From contig NZ_JHZF01000011.1 in NCBI RefSeq assembly GCF_000688295.1, forward strand, positions 558,288 to 590,287: a DNA stretch of 32,000 bases, given 5' to 3'. Made by a program: the position numbers and the translations under genes. The stretch comes from Pseudooceanicola nanhaiensis DSM 18065. Lineage in GTDB: Bacteria > Pseudomonadota > Alphaproteobacteria > Rhodobacterales > Rhodobacteraceae. Position 1 is the first letter of the stretch. Every line of letters begins with the position of its first letter. Below the pieces are notes generated by a model. That model saw only the letters and a program-made list of their open reading frames with translations. It did not search any database and had not been told where the DNA came from. Positions 15,108 to 24,451 of the stretch are shown piece by piece.

Positions 15108-15980
15108 TCAGAACGGCAGCGCCTGGAGCGTGGCCGCCACGGCCTCGTGCAGGCCAAGGCCGAGGAGCGTGAGCGAGGCCGTGAGGACGAGGCTCGCGAC
15201 ACGCCGTTCGAACTTCACCTTGGGCTGCGGGACCATCTCGGGCGGGATCGGCAGATCGACACGGAAGACGTCGGACAGCGGCTCTCCGGCCTTCCGGGGC
15301 TTCAGGCGCGCCACTTCGGCGGCGACGTAATCGTCGAAATTGTCCCAGCAACGCATCCGGCGGGCGGTGGCGGCGCGGGTCTTGTAGTGATGCACGTTCA
15401 CCCGCGTGCCGAGGTGACGGTGGTGGGTGGCAGGCTTCACCCGGCGCGGCAGGGGCGTCGGCGTCGGGGCAGGGGTCTGCGCAACCGCGCAGGCGTCCTC
15501 CGCCTCGTCCGCGTCGTCCCGGTGCATATCCGCGCTGACCATCTCGGCCACGGCACGGGCGGCCGGGTCGGCGGCAAGGCGGACCGAGGTAACGGCCTCC
15601 TGATAGGTGCGCGCCGGGATCAGCGCGCCCTGCCAGTCGACGAAGCTGGCGCCCGTCTCTTCGATGGCGATGTGCAGCATCTCGGCCAGAAGGGCCGCGG
15701 CGGCCTGCGGGTGGCCGGAGGGCAGCGCGCCGGTCTGGGTGACGGTGAAGGCGACACGGACCGCGGGCCCGTCCTCGGCCTCGGTCTCGTCCATGGTGAT
15801 CCCGACGGTGACGGCCTCGCCGGAAAGCGCCGCGCCGGTGCAGCCGCCTCCGGTCTGCCGCGCGTCGATTCCGAACACATCCAGCGCGGTCAGCGCCGGG
15901 GCGATGAGCTGGTGGACCGCGATCTCGGCATCCGCGCCGAGGACCAGGGCGGCCTCGTAGGTTTCGGGGTCTTGGATCAT
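15108..15980 (-). CDS. Hypothetical protein (290 aa) with a C-terminal hydrophobic anchor
   Basis: In-frame part of ORF 15108..16175 from MIQDPETYEAALVLG (ATG complement 15978-15980). GC3 is very high downstream of this ATG. It drops sharply upstream of it, which argues against the longer ORF. No family recognised. Confidence 0.65.
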   Translation of the reverse strand: MIQDPETYEAALVLGADAEIAVHQLIAPALTALDVFGIDARQTGGGCTGAALSGEAVTVGITMDETEAEDGPAVRVAFTVTQTGALPSGHPQAAAALLAEMLHIAIEETGASFVDWQGALIPARTYQEAVTSVRLAADPAARAVAEMVSADMHRDDADEAEDACAVAQTPAPTPTPLPRRVKPATHHRHLGTRVNVHHYKTRAATARRMRCWDNFDDYVAAEVARLKPRKAGEPLSDVFRVDLPIPPEMVPQPKVKFERRVASLVLTASLTLLGLGLHEAVAATLQALPF

Positions 15981-16261
15981 CTGTGTGCCGCACTCTTTTT
16001 GCGAGTTTGCACGGGTCTTCTTCCCGCATTCCCCGCCAGTTTCGCCGCGAAATGAGATGAAAATCGGACATGAATCCTGGCGAATCCGCCGCATCTGGGT
16101 AAATTCTGGGCACTGAATGTGTCTTGCGCCACATTCGTGCCCGAAAGCCAGGAATACAGGGGGCAAATGCGGCAATCCTGCCCAGAACCCGAAGCCTCGA
16201 GCCCGTCCTTACCTTGCGAAAATGCGCGGAGAATTGCTCACGTTTCCGGCATTGCACCCAC

Positions 16262-16288
16262 AAAAAAGGGCGCCCGGAGGCGCCCTTT
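16262..16288 (-). terminator. Intrinsic terminator of glnA
   Basis: Minus strand reads AAAGGGCGCC-tccg-GGCGCCCTTT followed by TTTTG, about 20 nt after the glnA stop. Confidence 0.8.
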
Positions 16289-16308
16289 CCCTGTCGCTGC
16301 CGATCGGC

Positions 16309-17712
16309 TCAGCAGGAGTAGTACATCGCGTATTCGACCGGATGCGGCGTGTGCTCGTACATCTCGAGCTCGTGCATCTTCAGGCCGATGTAGCCCTCGA
16401 TCTGGTCCTTCGTGAAGACGTCGCCGGCCAGCAGGAAGTCCATGTCCTTCTGCAGCTCCTCGAGCGCCTCGCGGAGCGAGCCGCAGACGGTCGGGATGTC
16501 GGCCAGCTCCTCGGGGGGCAGGTCGTAGAGGTTCTTGTCCATGGCTTCGCCCGGATCGATCTTGTTCTTGATGCCGTCGAGACCGGCCATCAGGAGCGCG
16601 GCGAAGCACAGGTAGGGGTTCGCCGACGGATCGGGGAAGCGGGCCTCGACGCGTTTCGCCTTGGGCGACTCGGTCCAGGGGATCCGGACGCAGCCCGAAC
16701 GGTTGCGGGCCGAATAGGCGCGCAGCACGGGGGCCTCGAAGCCCGGGATCAGACGCTTGTAGGAGTTGGTCCCGGGGTTGGTGAAGGCGTTCAGCGCCTT
16801 GGCGTGCTTCAGGATGCCGCCGATGTACCACAGGGCTTCCTGAGACAGGTCGGCGTATTTGTCGCCCGCGAAGAGCGGCTTGCCGTCCTTCCAGATCGAC
16901 ATGTTCACGTGCATCCCGGTGCCGTTGTCGCCCTTGATCGGCTTCGGCATGAAGGTCGCCGTCTTGCCGTAGGCCTGCGCCACGTTGTGGATGACGTACT
17001 TGTACTTCTGCAGCTGGTCGGCCTGGTCGGTCAGGGTCGAGAAGATCATGCCCAGCTCGTGCTGGCAGGACGCCACCTCGTGGTGGTGCTTGTCGACCTT
17101 CATGCCGATGCGCTTCATGGTCGAGAGCATCTCGGCCCGGATGTCCTGGCCGTCATCGACGGGGTTGACCGGGAAGTAGCCGCCCTTGATGCCGGGACGG
17201 TGGCCGGTGTTGCCCATCTCGTAATCGGTGTCGGTGTTCCAGGCGCCGTCGATCGCGTCGACCTCGTAGGAGACCTTGTTCATCGACACGGCGTACTTGA
17301 CGTTGTCGAACAGGAAGAACTCGGCTTCCGGACCCATGAACGCCTGATCGCCGATACCGGACGACTTCAGGTAGGCCTCTGCCTTCAGCGCGGTGCCGCG
17401 CGGGTCGCGCTCGTAGGCTTCGCCGGTGTCCGGCTCGACCACGGAGCAATGCAGGCAGATGGTCTTCTCGGCATAGAAGGGGTCGACATAGGCGCTGTCC
17501 GGATCGGGCATCAGCTTCATGTCCGACGCTTCGATCGACTTCCAGCCCTCGATGGACGAACCGTCGAACATGAAGCCTTCCTCGAGGAAGTCCTCGTCGA
17601 CCTGATCGGCCATGACCGTCACGTGCTGCAGCTTGCCGCGCGGATCGGTGAAGCGGATATCGACGTATTCCGCCTCTTCGTCCTTGATAAGTTTCAGAAC
17701 CTTATCGCTCAT
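16309..17712 (-). CDS. glnA: Glutamine synthetase type I
   Basis: ORF 16309..17712, 467 aa. [30 protein letters not shown]..., the ATP-binding region [14 protein letters not shown], and the adenylylation region NLYDLPPEE. Confidence 0.97.
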   Translation of the reverse strand: MSDKVLKLIKDEEAEYVDIRFTDPRGKLQHVTVMADQVDEDFLEEGFMFDGSSIEGWKSIEASDMKLMPDPDSAYVDPFYAEKTICLHCSVVEPDTGEAYERDPRGTALKAEAYLKSSGIGDQAFMGPEAEFFLFDNVKYAVSMNKVSYEVDAIDGAWNTDTDYEMGNTGHRPGIKGGYFPVNPVDDGQDIRAEMLSTMKRIGMKVDKHHHEVASCQHELGMIFSTLTDQADQLQKYKYVIHNVAQAYGKTATFMPKPIKGDNGTGMHVNMSIWKDGKPLFAGDKYADLSQEALWYIGGILKHAKALNAFTNPGTNSYKRLIPGFEAPVLRAYSARNRSGCVRIPWTESPKAKRVEARFPDPSANPYLCFAALLMAGLDGIKNKIDPGEAMDKNLYDLPPEELADIPTVCGSLREALEELQKDMDFLLAGDVFTKDQIEGYIGLKMHELEMYEHTPHPVEYAMYYSC

Positions 17713-17745
17713 TCCCTATATCCCTTCCTTGACTAGGAACGTTTC

Positions 17746-18150
<405 letters not shown>

Positions 18151-18235
18151 CTAACTGACCCGGCAGGCCGTGTCGAGCGGGAGCGGCGGGGTCGCGCCGA
18201 AAATTAAGGCTGATAGCGTAAGAAATGGGCAGTTT

Positions 18236-19759
18236 GTGAACACCTCCACTTTCACCGATCTTCTGACCGCCGAAGAGATGCGCGCGGCCGAGGCCGAGGC
18301 CATGACTCGCGGGCTTGGCACCGGCGGCGAGCTGATGGAGCGCGCCGGCCGCGGCGTGGTTGAGGCGGCATTCGCGCGCTGGCCCCGGCTCGCCGCGGGG
18401 CCGGGCCGGGCGCTGGTGCTCTGCGGGCCGGGCAACAACGGGGGCGACGGTTTCGTGATCGCGCGCCTCCTGCGCGACCGGGGCTGGGAGGTCGAGAGTC
18501 GCCTGCTCGGCTCGGCCGAGCGCCTGCCGCCGGATGCCCGCGCGGCTCACGACCGATGGGCCGCGGCGGGCGCGGTCGGCACCCTGGGGGCGGGCTGGGA
18601 CAGTGCCGCGCCGCGCGATCTGGTCATCGACGCCCTCTTCGGCACCGGGCTGAGCCGGCCGGTGGACCTGCCCTGGCTCGACCTGCTCGCCGACATCGCT
18701 CCGGGTGCGCGGATCGTCGCGGTGGACCTGCCGAGCGGGCTCTGCAGCGACAGCGGCCGGGTCATCGGCGAGCGGGCCGTGCGGGCCGATCTCACCGTCA
18801 GCTTCCATCGCGCGAAGGCCGGCCATTACCTGGCCGAGGGGCCGGACCATTGCGGCGCGCTTTCGGTTGTCGACATCGGCCTGCCTCCGAGCGGTGGTGC
18901 CTTGCGGCGGATCGACCGGCCCGCGGCGCCGACGAAGGCCGGGGGGCACAAGTTCGACCATGGCCATGCGCTCGTCCTCTCGGGCGGGATGGGGCGTTCC
19001 GGCGCGGCCCGGCTGACGGCCAGGGGCGCGCTCAGGATCGGGGCGGGGCTGGTGACGCTCGGCGCGCCCGGCGCGGCGATGATGGAATGCGCCGCGCAGC
19101 TCACCGCCGTGATGCTGCGGCGGATGGACGGGCCGGAGGCGCTGGCCGAACAGCTGGAGGACCGCCGCCTCACCGCGCTCTGCCTCGGACCGGGGCTGGG
19201 CGTCGAGCGCGCGTCGGCGCTGGTCCCGGCGGCGCTCTCCGCGCCGCACGCGCCGGGGGTCGTGCTGGACGCGGATGCGCTGACGGCCGTCGCGCAGGAT
19301 CAGGCGCTCTTCGCCGGGCTGAACCCGCGCTGCGTGCTCACCCCGCACATGGGAGAATTCGCACGGCTCTTCCCGGACATTGCCGACCGGCTCTCGGCCC
19401 CCGCACGCCGTGGCCCGGCGATGAGCCGCGCCGACGCGGCGCGCGCGGCGGCGGCGCGGGCGGGCTGCACGCTGCTCATGAAGGGCCCCGACACGATCGT
19501 CGCCACGCCGGACGGACAGGCCGTCGTCAGCGCCGCCGTCTACGATGACGCGGCGCCGTGGCTCGCGACCGCAGGGGCAGGGGACGTGCTGGCGGGTTTC
19601 GTCACGGGGCTGCTGGCCCGGGGGATGGCGCCCGGCGAAGCCGCGCTCACCGCCGCCGGGCTGCATGCCGCCTGTGCCCGGGCCTTCGGGCCGGGGCTCA
19701 TCGCCGAGGACCTGCCCGAGATCCTGCCACGGGTCATGGCCGGTCTGTCGGGCACATGA
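18236..19759 (+). CDS. nnr: Bifunctional NAD(P)H-hydrate repair enzyme Nnr (epimerase + ADP-dependent dehydratase)
   Basis: ORF 18170..19759. The N-terminal YjeF_N part shows LLTAEEMRAAEAEA and LCGPGNNGGDGFVIARLL. The C-terminal carbohydrate-kinase part shows GHKFDHGHALVLSG and ATAGAGDVLAGFVTGLLA. Start is uncertain (GTG 18236 or ATG 18170). Confidence 0.85.
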   Translation: MNTSTFTDLLTAEEMRAAEAEAMTRGLGTGGELMERAGRGVVEAAFARWPRLAAGPGRALVLCGPGNNGGDGFVIARLLRDRGWEVESRLLGSAERLPPDARAAHDRWAAAGAVGTLGAGWDSAAPRDLVIDALFGTGLSRPVDLPWLDLLADIAPGARIVAVDLPSGLCSDSGRVIGERAVRADLTVSFHRAKAGHYLAEGPDHCGALSVVDIGLPPSGGALRRIDRPAAPTKAGGHKFDHGHALVLSGGMGRSGAARLTARGALRIGAGLVTLGAPGAAMMECAAQLTAVMLRRMDGPEALAEQLEDRRLTALCLGPGLGVERASALVPAALSAPHAPGVVLDADALTAVAQDQALFAGLNPRCVLTPHMGEFARLFPDIADRLSAPARRGPAMSRADAARAAAARAGCTLLMKGPDTIVATPDGQAVVSAAVYDDAAPWLATAGAGDVLAGFVTGLLARGMAPGEAALTAAGLHAACARAFGPGLIAEDLPEILPRVMAGLSGT

Positions 19760-19775
19760 GCCGGCGGCGCCCATG

Positions 19776-19799
19776 AAAAAGGGCCGCGAAAGCGGCCCT
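19776..19799 (-). terminator. Intrinsic terminator between convergent nnr and the Hint-domain gene
   Basis: GGGCCGC-gaaa-GCGGCCC. On the minus strand it is followed by TTTTTCATGG, which serves the Hint gene. On the + strand the U-tract is weak. Confidence 0.65.
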
Positions 19800-19822
19800 G
19801 TCCGGTTGCGGCTGCGGCTGGT

Positions 19823-20305
19823 TCAGGCGGTCGCCGTCTCCGGCACCGGCGCGTCGAGTTCCATCCCGCCGGCATAGACCACATGGGCGCTGTCGAAGAC
19901 CAGTTCGCAGAGCGTCAGCTCGCGCTCGCCGATCTCGCGCACGAATTGGCCGTCGGCCAGGCGCGCCACCGGCACCATCGCCTGCTTCGCGCCGAAGAGC
20001 GCCTCCGCCCGCCAGTCCCGCACCAGCACCTTCTGGGCGGCGGGCAGGATCATGTCCTCGTCGGGACGGGTGTGCCCGAGCGATCCGGCGGCGATCGCCA
20101 CGGCCGCCACGGCGACCTTGCGCACACGGATGTCGCGGAGCACGGCCATTCCGCTGTCGCGCGTGATGACCCGGTCGCCCGGGGTCAGGAATTCAACCGG
20201 CATTTCGCCGTCGAGCGTGAGCACGCGGGTGCCCGTCACGATCCCTGCCGGAGCTTCCGCTGCGGGGCGGGTCTGGGTCTGGCGCTGCGATGTGGACGGT
20301 TTCAT
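19823..20305 (-). CDS. Hint (Hedgehog/intein-like) domain-containing protein, 160 aa
   Basis: In-frame part of ORF 19823..20461 from MKPSTSQRQ (AAGGAG lies 8 nt upstream). GIVTGTRVLTLDGEMPVEFLTPGDRVITRDSGMAVLRDI... is the Hint-domain pattern common in Rhodobacterales. Confidence 0.75.
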   Translation of the reverse strand: MKPSTSQRQTQTRPAAEAPAGIVTGTRVLTLDGEMPVEFLTPGDRVITRDSGMAVLRDIRVRKVAVAAVAIAAGSLGHTRPDEDMILPAAQKVLVRDWRAEALFGAKQAMVPVARLADGQFVREIGERELTLCELVFDSAHVVYAGGMELDAPVPETATA

Positions 20306-20576
20306 GGCGGTCAACTCCTTCTGGTCCGCCCTGTTTCGCCGGGAATTATGGCCGAAATGGGCCGCGGGGCGGGACTCCGCGGGGCATTGTGGCGGCAGAC
20401 GCCCCATTCGCGCCGCAATTGAGAGGACGTCCGCCGGTCCCCGCATCCTGCGCGTGAACATCTCAAGAAAGGATTAACAAGTGTGCCGCCGGGGCGCTGC
20501 GGGGCCAAAATTTCCCTCTCGCCACGCCTGCCGGGCTTTGATAGACAGCGCGGACCCCGGCGCGGCCCGGGGGCGC

Positions 20577-20661
20577 GCGGGTGTGGCGAAATTGGTAGAC
20601 GCACCAGATTTAGGTTCTGGCGCCGCAAGGCGTGGGGGTTCAAGTCCCTCCACCCGCACCA
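20577..20661 (+). tRNA. tRNA-Leu (anticodon UAG), class II with a long variable arm, CCA encoded
   Basis: Hand-folded. Acceptor GCGGGTG/CACCCGC. Anticodon stem CCAGA/TCTGG with loop TTTAGGT. Variable arm CGCCGCAAGGCGT. T arm GGGGG-TTCAAGT-CCCTC. Discriminator A followed by CCA. Confidence 0.93.
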
Positions 20662-20887
20662 CAATTCCTGAACTGATGTCACGCATCCGGCGTCCGGAAA
20701 GCTGACGGCCCGACAGGCGGGATCGTGCGGGGACAGCACCCTGCCGGGCCGGCACGGAACGTGAGGGGGTTGTCCGTGCCCTCTCTGTACGTGTGTGGTG
20801 CGGGGATGGATCATCCCGACCGGATTCACGAAGTCTTAGCGCGTGGCGGGCTACACGGCGGCCAGAGCATCATCGAAGGATACCGCC

Positions 20888-21760
20888 ATGCGCCTGCTCG
20901 CCATGGTCCTGGCCTGCCTCATCTTCGCGCCGCCCGCATTGGCGCTCAGCGACAGCGACGCGCCGGAGGCGCGCGCCTCGATCCTGCACCGGATCGACCT
21001 TGCGGGGCGGCAGAGGATGCTGTCGCAGCGCATCGCCATGTCCGCCTGCCTTGTCCATGCGGGGGCGGAACCGGCGGTGAACGCCGCCCGTGCCGACAGG
21101 GCGGAGGCGCTCTTCGACCGCACGCAGAGGGGGCTGCGGGCCGGTGACGCCGAGCTGGACCTTGCGCCCGAGTCACAGGCCGACGTGCTGGAGGCGCTGA
21201 CGGCGGTCGAAAGGCTCTGGCCGAAGATGCGCGAGACGGCGATGGTCGTCCGCGAGGGCGGACCCGCCGCCGCATTGGCGCTCACGAGGCTGCGCACGCA
21301 GGCCGGGATGCTGCTGAAGGCCACGAACGAGGTCGTGACGCGGATGGAGGACGCCTATGCGCAGGGGCTTGTCGCGCCGGAGCTGGCCGGGGCGGTCAGC
21401 CTGGCCGGGCGCCAGCGCATGCTGATCCAGAAGGCGATGATGCAGGCCTGCTTCGCCGCGAGCAGCGGCCACGGCGCGGCGCTGAAGGCCAAGGTGCTTG
21501 CGACGAAATCCCTGTTCGAGCACAGCCTTGCCAACCTGCTCATCGGCGACGCGGCGGCGGGCGTCATTCCCGTCCCCACGCCCGAGATCGACGCGCAGCT
21601 CGTCCGTATTGTGCGGATGTGGCGCTGGCTCGGCGCGGATCTCGAGGCGCTGGCCAGCGGCACGGACATGGGGCCGGATCGGCTGGCACAGCTCGCCCGC
21701 GCGGCCGAAGTGGTGCTGATCGTCATGAACGAAACGGTCGGCCTTTACGCGGCGCTGTGA
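20888..21760 (+). CDS. Secreted protein with two PilJ/NarX-type periplasmic sensor-like modules and no output domain
   Basis: In-frame part of ORF 20843..21760. Signal peptide MRLLAMVLACLIFAPPALALS. Two copies of the motif (D/S)LAGRQRML(S/I)Q(R/K).(A/M)M.AC (IDLAGRQRMLSQRIAMSACL; VSLAGRQRMLIQKAMMQACF) resemble the PilJ N-terminal / NarX P-box region. AAGGA lies upstream of the ATG. Confidence 0.75.
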   Translation: MRLLAMVLACLIFAPPALALSDSDAPEARASILHRIDLAGRQRMLSQRIAMSACLVHAGAEPAVNAARADRAEALFDRTQRGLRAGDAELDLAPESQADVLEALTAVERLWPKMRETAMVVREGGPAAALALTRLRTQAGMLLKATNEVVTRMEDAYAQGLVAPELAGAVSLAGRQRMLIQKAMMQACFAASSGHGAALKAKVLATKSLFEHSLANLLIGDAAAGVIPVPTPEIDAQLVRIVRMWRWLGADLEALASGTDMGPDRLAQLARAAEVVLIVMNETVGLYAAL

Positions 21761-22244
21761 ACCGCGCCGGCGGCCGGACCCGCCGGGAGCCCGGCAGGGC
21801 GCCATTGTCCTCCGCGGGGGCCGAACCGAGGTCGGGCCTGAGACCGGGGTCGCCATCGCGGGGGCCGCGACCGTCGGCGCGCGCCGGAGGCAGGCGGCGC
21901 TTGCGGTTGCGCCGAGGCACCGTGGTCGTCCTGTCGTCGAGGGGCGCGGAACTGCCCTGCGGGTGATCGCGCTTTGGTCCAATGTGTCGAGGCGCCGTCA
22001 CGTCCATACGCACTTCGCTGACCCCGGGGCGGCGTCGACGGCCGGCGGGGCAGGGAGGGCGCCTGCGCGTTTCGGGGCCGAGAGGCAGGCGCTCGGTGAC
22101 GCGGCCCTTGACCGGAGCGCGCACCGGACCGGTGGGGATGCGTTCCTCGGACGCGCCTCGAGCGCGCCGCCTGCGGCCGCGTCGCGCAGGGCGGCGAGCG
22201 TCGCGGCAGATCGGCGGATTAGCCCGCCCGGCACGGGTTTTCGC

Positions 22245-22272
22245 CTTGCATGACTGCATCGCGCCTCATAGA
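22245..22272 (+). promoter_or_regulatory. Candidate promoter of tig
   Basis: CTTGCA (22245-22250), 16 nt, then CATAGA (22267-22272), about 60 nt upstream of the tig ATG. Pattern match only. Confidence 0.35.
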
Positions 22273-22334
22273 AGGACGTCTGAATTTCCGGCCGCCTTCC
22301 GCGGCCCGCGACCGAACTGAGAGGACGACGCAGG

Positions 22335-23663
22335 ATGCAGGTCACCGAGACCCAGAACGAAGGCCTGAAACGCGGCTACCAGATCACGCTGACGGCGGAC
22401 GAACTGGACGCGAAGGTCAACGAGAAGCTTGTCGAGGCGCAGCCCGAGATCGAGATGAAGGGCTTCCGGAAGGGCAAGGTCCCGATGGCCCTGCTCAAGA
22501 AGCAGTTCGGCCAGCGCCTGATCGGCGAAGCGATGCAGGAAGCCATCGACGGCGCGATGAACAAGCATTTCGAGGATTCGGGCGACCGTCCGGCGCTCCA
22601 GCCGAACGTCCAGATGAAGGACGGCGAGACCTGGAAGGAAGGCGACGACGTCGTGGTCGACATGACCTACGAAGCGCTGCCCGAGATCCCCGAGGTCGAC
22701 CTGAGCGACATCGCGCTCGAGAAGCTCGTGGTGAAGGCCGATGACGCCTCCGTCACCGAAGCGCTCGAGAACCTCGCCGAGAACGCCCAGAACTTCGAAA
22801 CCAAGGACGGCGCCGCGGAAGAGGGCGACCAGGTGGTCTTCGACTTCGTCGGCAAGGTCGACGGCGAGCCCTTCGAGGGCGGCGCGGCCGAGGATTACCC
22901 GCTGGTGCTGGGCTCCGGCCAGTTCATTCCGGGCTTCGAGGAACAGCTCACCGGCGTGAAGGCCGGCGAGGAGAAGACCGTCACGGTCACCTTCCCCGAG
23001 GAATACCAGGCCGAGAACCTGAAGGGCAAGGAAGCCACCTTCGACTGCACCATCAAGGAGGTGAAAGCCCCCGAGAAGGCCGCGGTCGACGACGAGCTGG
23101 CGAAGAAATACGGCGCCGAGGACCTCGCTGCGCTGAAGGCCCAGATCACCGAGCGGCTCGAGGCCGAGTACAACCAGGCCGGCCGCGCCGTCATGAAGCG
23201 CGCCCTGCTCGACGCGCTGGACAAGAAGGTTTCCTTCGACCTGCCGCCGAGCCTCGTCGAGGCGGAAGCCGGCCAGATCGCGCACCAGCTCTACCACGAA
23301 GAGCACCCGGACGATCACGGTCACGACCACGGCGAGATCAAGCCGACCGAGGAGCACAACAAGCTGGCCGAGCGCCGCGTGCGCCTTGGCCTGCTGCTCG
23401 CCGAGCTGGGCCAGAAGGCCGAGGTCGAGGTCTCCGATTCCGAGATGACCCAGGCGATCCTCAACCAGGCGCGCCAGTACCCGGGCCAGGAACGCCAGTT
23501 CTTCGAATTCGTGCAGAACAATCCGCAGATGCAGCAGCAGCTGCGCGCGCCGATCTTCGAGGACAAGGTCGTCGACTACGTCTTCGAACAGGCGAAGGTC
23601 CAGGAGAAGGAAGTCTCCAAGGACGAGCTGCAGAAGGCTGTCGAGGCGCTCGACGACGAGTGA
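22335..23663 (+). CDS. tig: Trigger factor
   Basis: ORF 22335..23663, 442 aa. [28 protein letters not shown]..., the ribosome-binding motif GFRKGKVP, and the FKBP-type middle domain ([15 protein letters not shown]...FIPGFEEQL). Confidence 0.96.
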   Translation: MQVTETQNEGLKRGYQITLTADELDAKVNEKLVEAQPEIEMKGFRKGKVPMALLKKQFGQRLIGEAMQEAIDGAMNKHFEDSGDRPALQPNVQMKDGETWKEGDDVVVDMTYEALPEIPEVDLSDIALEKLVVKADDASVTEALENLAENAQNFETKDGAAEEGDQVVFDFVGKVDGEPFEGGAAEDYPLVLGSGQFIPGFEEQLTGVKAGEEKTVTVTFPEEYQAENLKGKEATFDCTIKEVKAPEKAAVDDELAKKYGAEDLAALKAQITERLEAEYNQAGRAVMKRALLDALDKKVSFDLPPSLVEAEAGQIAHQLYHEEHPDDHGHDHGEIKPTEEHNKLAERRVRLGLLLAELGQKAEVEVSDSEMTQAILNQARQYPGQERQFFEFVQNNPQMQQQLRAPIFEDKVVDYVFEQAKVQEKEVSKDELQKAVEALDDE

Positions 23664-23686
23664 TCGCCGCCGCGACGATCGAACCG

Positions 23687-23719
23687 AAGGGCCGCCCCGT
23701 GGGGCGGCCCTTTTCGTTT
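23687..23719 (+). terminator. Intrinsic terminator of tig
   Basis: AAGGGCCGCCCC / GGGGCGGCCCTT stem followed by TTCGTTT. Confidence 0.75.
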
Positions 23720-23764
23720 GCGGGGTAGGCGCCCGGGGGGCGCTCCGTTGCCGGGCGGCGGGCA

Positions 23765-23792
23765 TGAAAAAACCGCGCCCGGGGGCGCGGTT
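23765..23792 (-). terminator. Intrinsic terminator of the rpsF-rpsR-rplI operon
   Basis: Minus strand reads AACCGCGCCC-cc-GGGCGCGGTT followed by TTTTTCATG, downstream of the rplI stop (23821). Confidence 0.75.
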
Positions 23793-23820
23793 CTCTGTCG
23801 GTCCGGCAAGGGGGAGAGGA

Positions 23821-24438
23821 TCAGTCCTCGTCCTCCTCCGGTGCCTCTTCGCGGGCCGGGCCCTCGTCCTCGTCGTCCGACGCGGCCGAGCCGAGATCGT
23901 CGAACAGTTCCGAGATCTCGAATTCCGCAGCGGCTTCCTCTTCGGCGGCCAGCTCCTGGATGGTCTTGCCCTGCGCCTGGATCTCGGCCTCTTCGGGCGA
24001 GCGGGCGACGTTCAGGGTGATCTCGACCTCGACCTCGGGGTGCAGGTAGATGTCCACCTTGTGCAGGCCAAGTTCCTTGATCGGCTGCGGGATGATGACC
24101 TGCTTGCGCTCGACGGTGTAGCCGGCTTCGGCGGTCACCGCGGCAACGTCACGCGGGGTGACGGAGCCGTAGAGGTTGCCGCCGTCCGAGGCCGAGCGAA
24201 TCACGACGAACTTCTCGCCGTCGAGACGGGAGGCGAGCGCCTCGGCCTCTTTCTTGGTCTCGAGGTTGCGCGCCTCGAGCTGGGCCTTCTGGCCCTCGAA
24301 GGCGGCGATGTTCTCTTTCGAGGCGGTCAGCGCCTTGCCCTGCAGCAGCAGGTAGTTGCGGGCGTAGCCGGGCTTGACGGTGACGACATCGCCCATCTGG
24401 CCAAGCTTGGCGACGCGTTCGAGAAGGATGACTTCCAT
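23821..24438 (-). CDS. rplI: 50S ribosomal protein L9 (with a long acidic C-terminal tail)
   Basis: [48 protein letters not shown]... 205 aa, about 55 aa longer than typical L9 because of an E/D/A-rich tail. Confidence 0.93.
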   Translation of the reverse strand: MEVILLERVAKLGQMGDVVTVKPGYARNYLLLQGKALTASKENIAAFEGQKAQLEARNLETKKEAEALASRLDGEKFVVIRSASDGGNLYGSVTPRDVAAVTAEAGYTVERKQVIIPQPIKELGLHKVDIYLHPEVEVEITLNVARSPEEAEIQAQGKTIQELAAEEEAAAEFEISELFDDLGSAASDDEDEGPAREEAPEEDED

Positions 24439-24451
24439 CGGTCGGGTCTCC

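Noticed and set aside
21723-22259. 178-aa minus-strand ORF (and sub-ORF from MDVTAPRH...) in the tig upstream gap, as a possible small basic protein.
   Set aside because: Extremely Arg/Pro-rich. C dominates over G at first codon positions. GC3 is only about 78% by hand count versus about 90% in neighbouring genes. There is no SD. It would overlap the 3' end of the sensor-module gene. It is kept only as part of the unassigned-region finding.
20577-22334. tRNA-Leu as an integration site for a genomic islet (Hint gene on one side, orphan sensor protein plus unassigned DNA on the other).
   Set aside because: There is no integrase, transposase or phage gene. I could find no direct repeat of the tRNA 3' end (…GTCCCTCCACCCGCACCA) downstream up to tig. 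GC content is not deviant. It is mentioned only as context.
23821-24000. Low-complexity tails: acidic tail of L9 (23821-~24000), Pro/Arg-rich tail of HtpX (~30300-30446), Ala/Glu/Lys-rich tail of TatB, D/R tail of S6.
   Set aside because: Such extensions are common lineage-specific features of these proteins in GC-rich alphaproteobacteria. High GC3 continues through them, so they are probably genuine but unremarkable.
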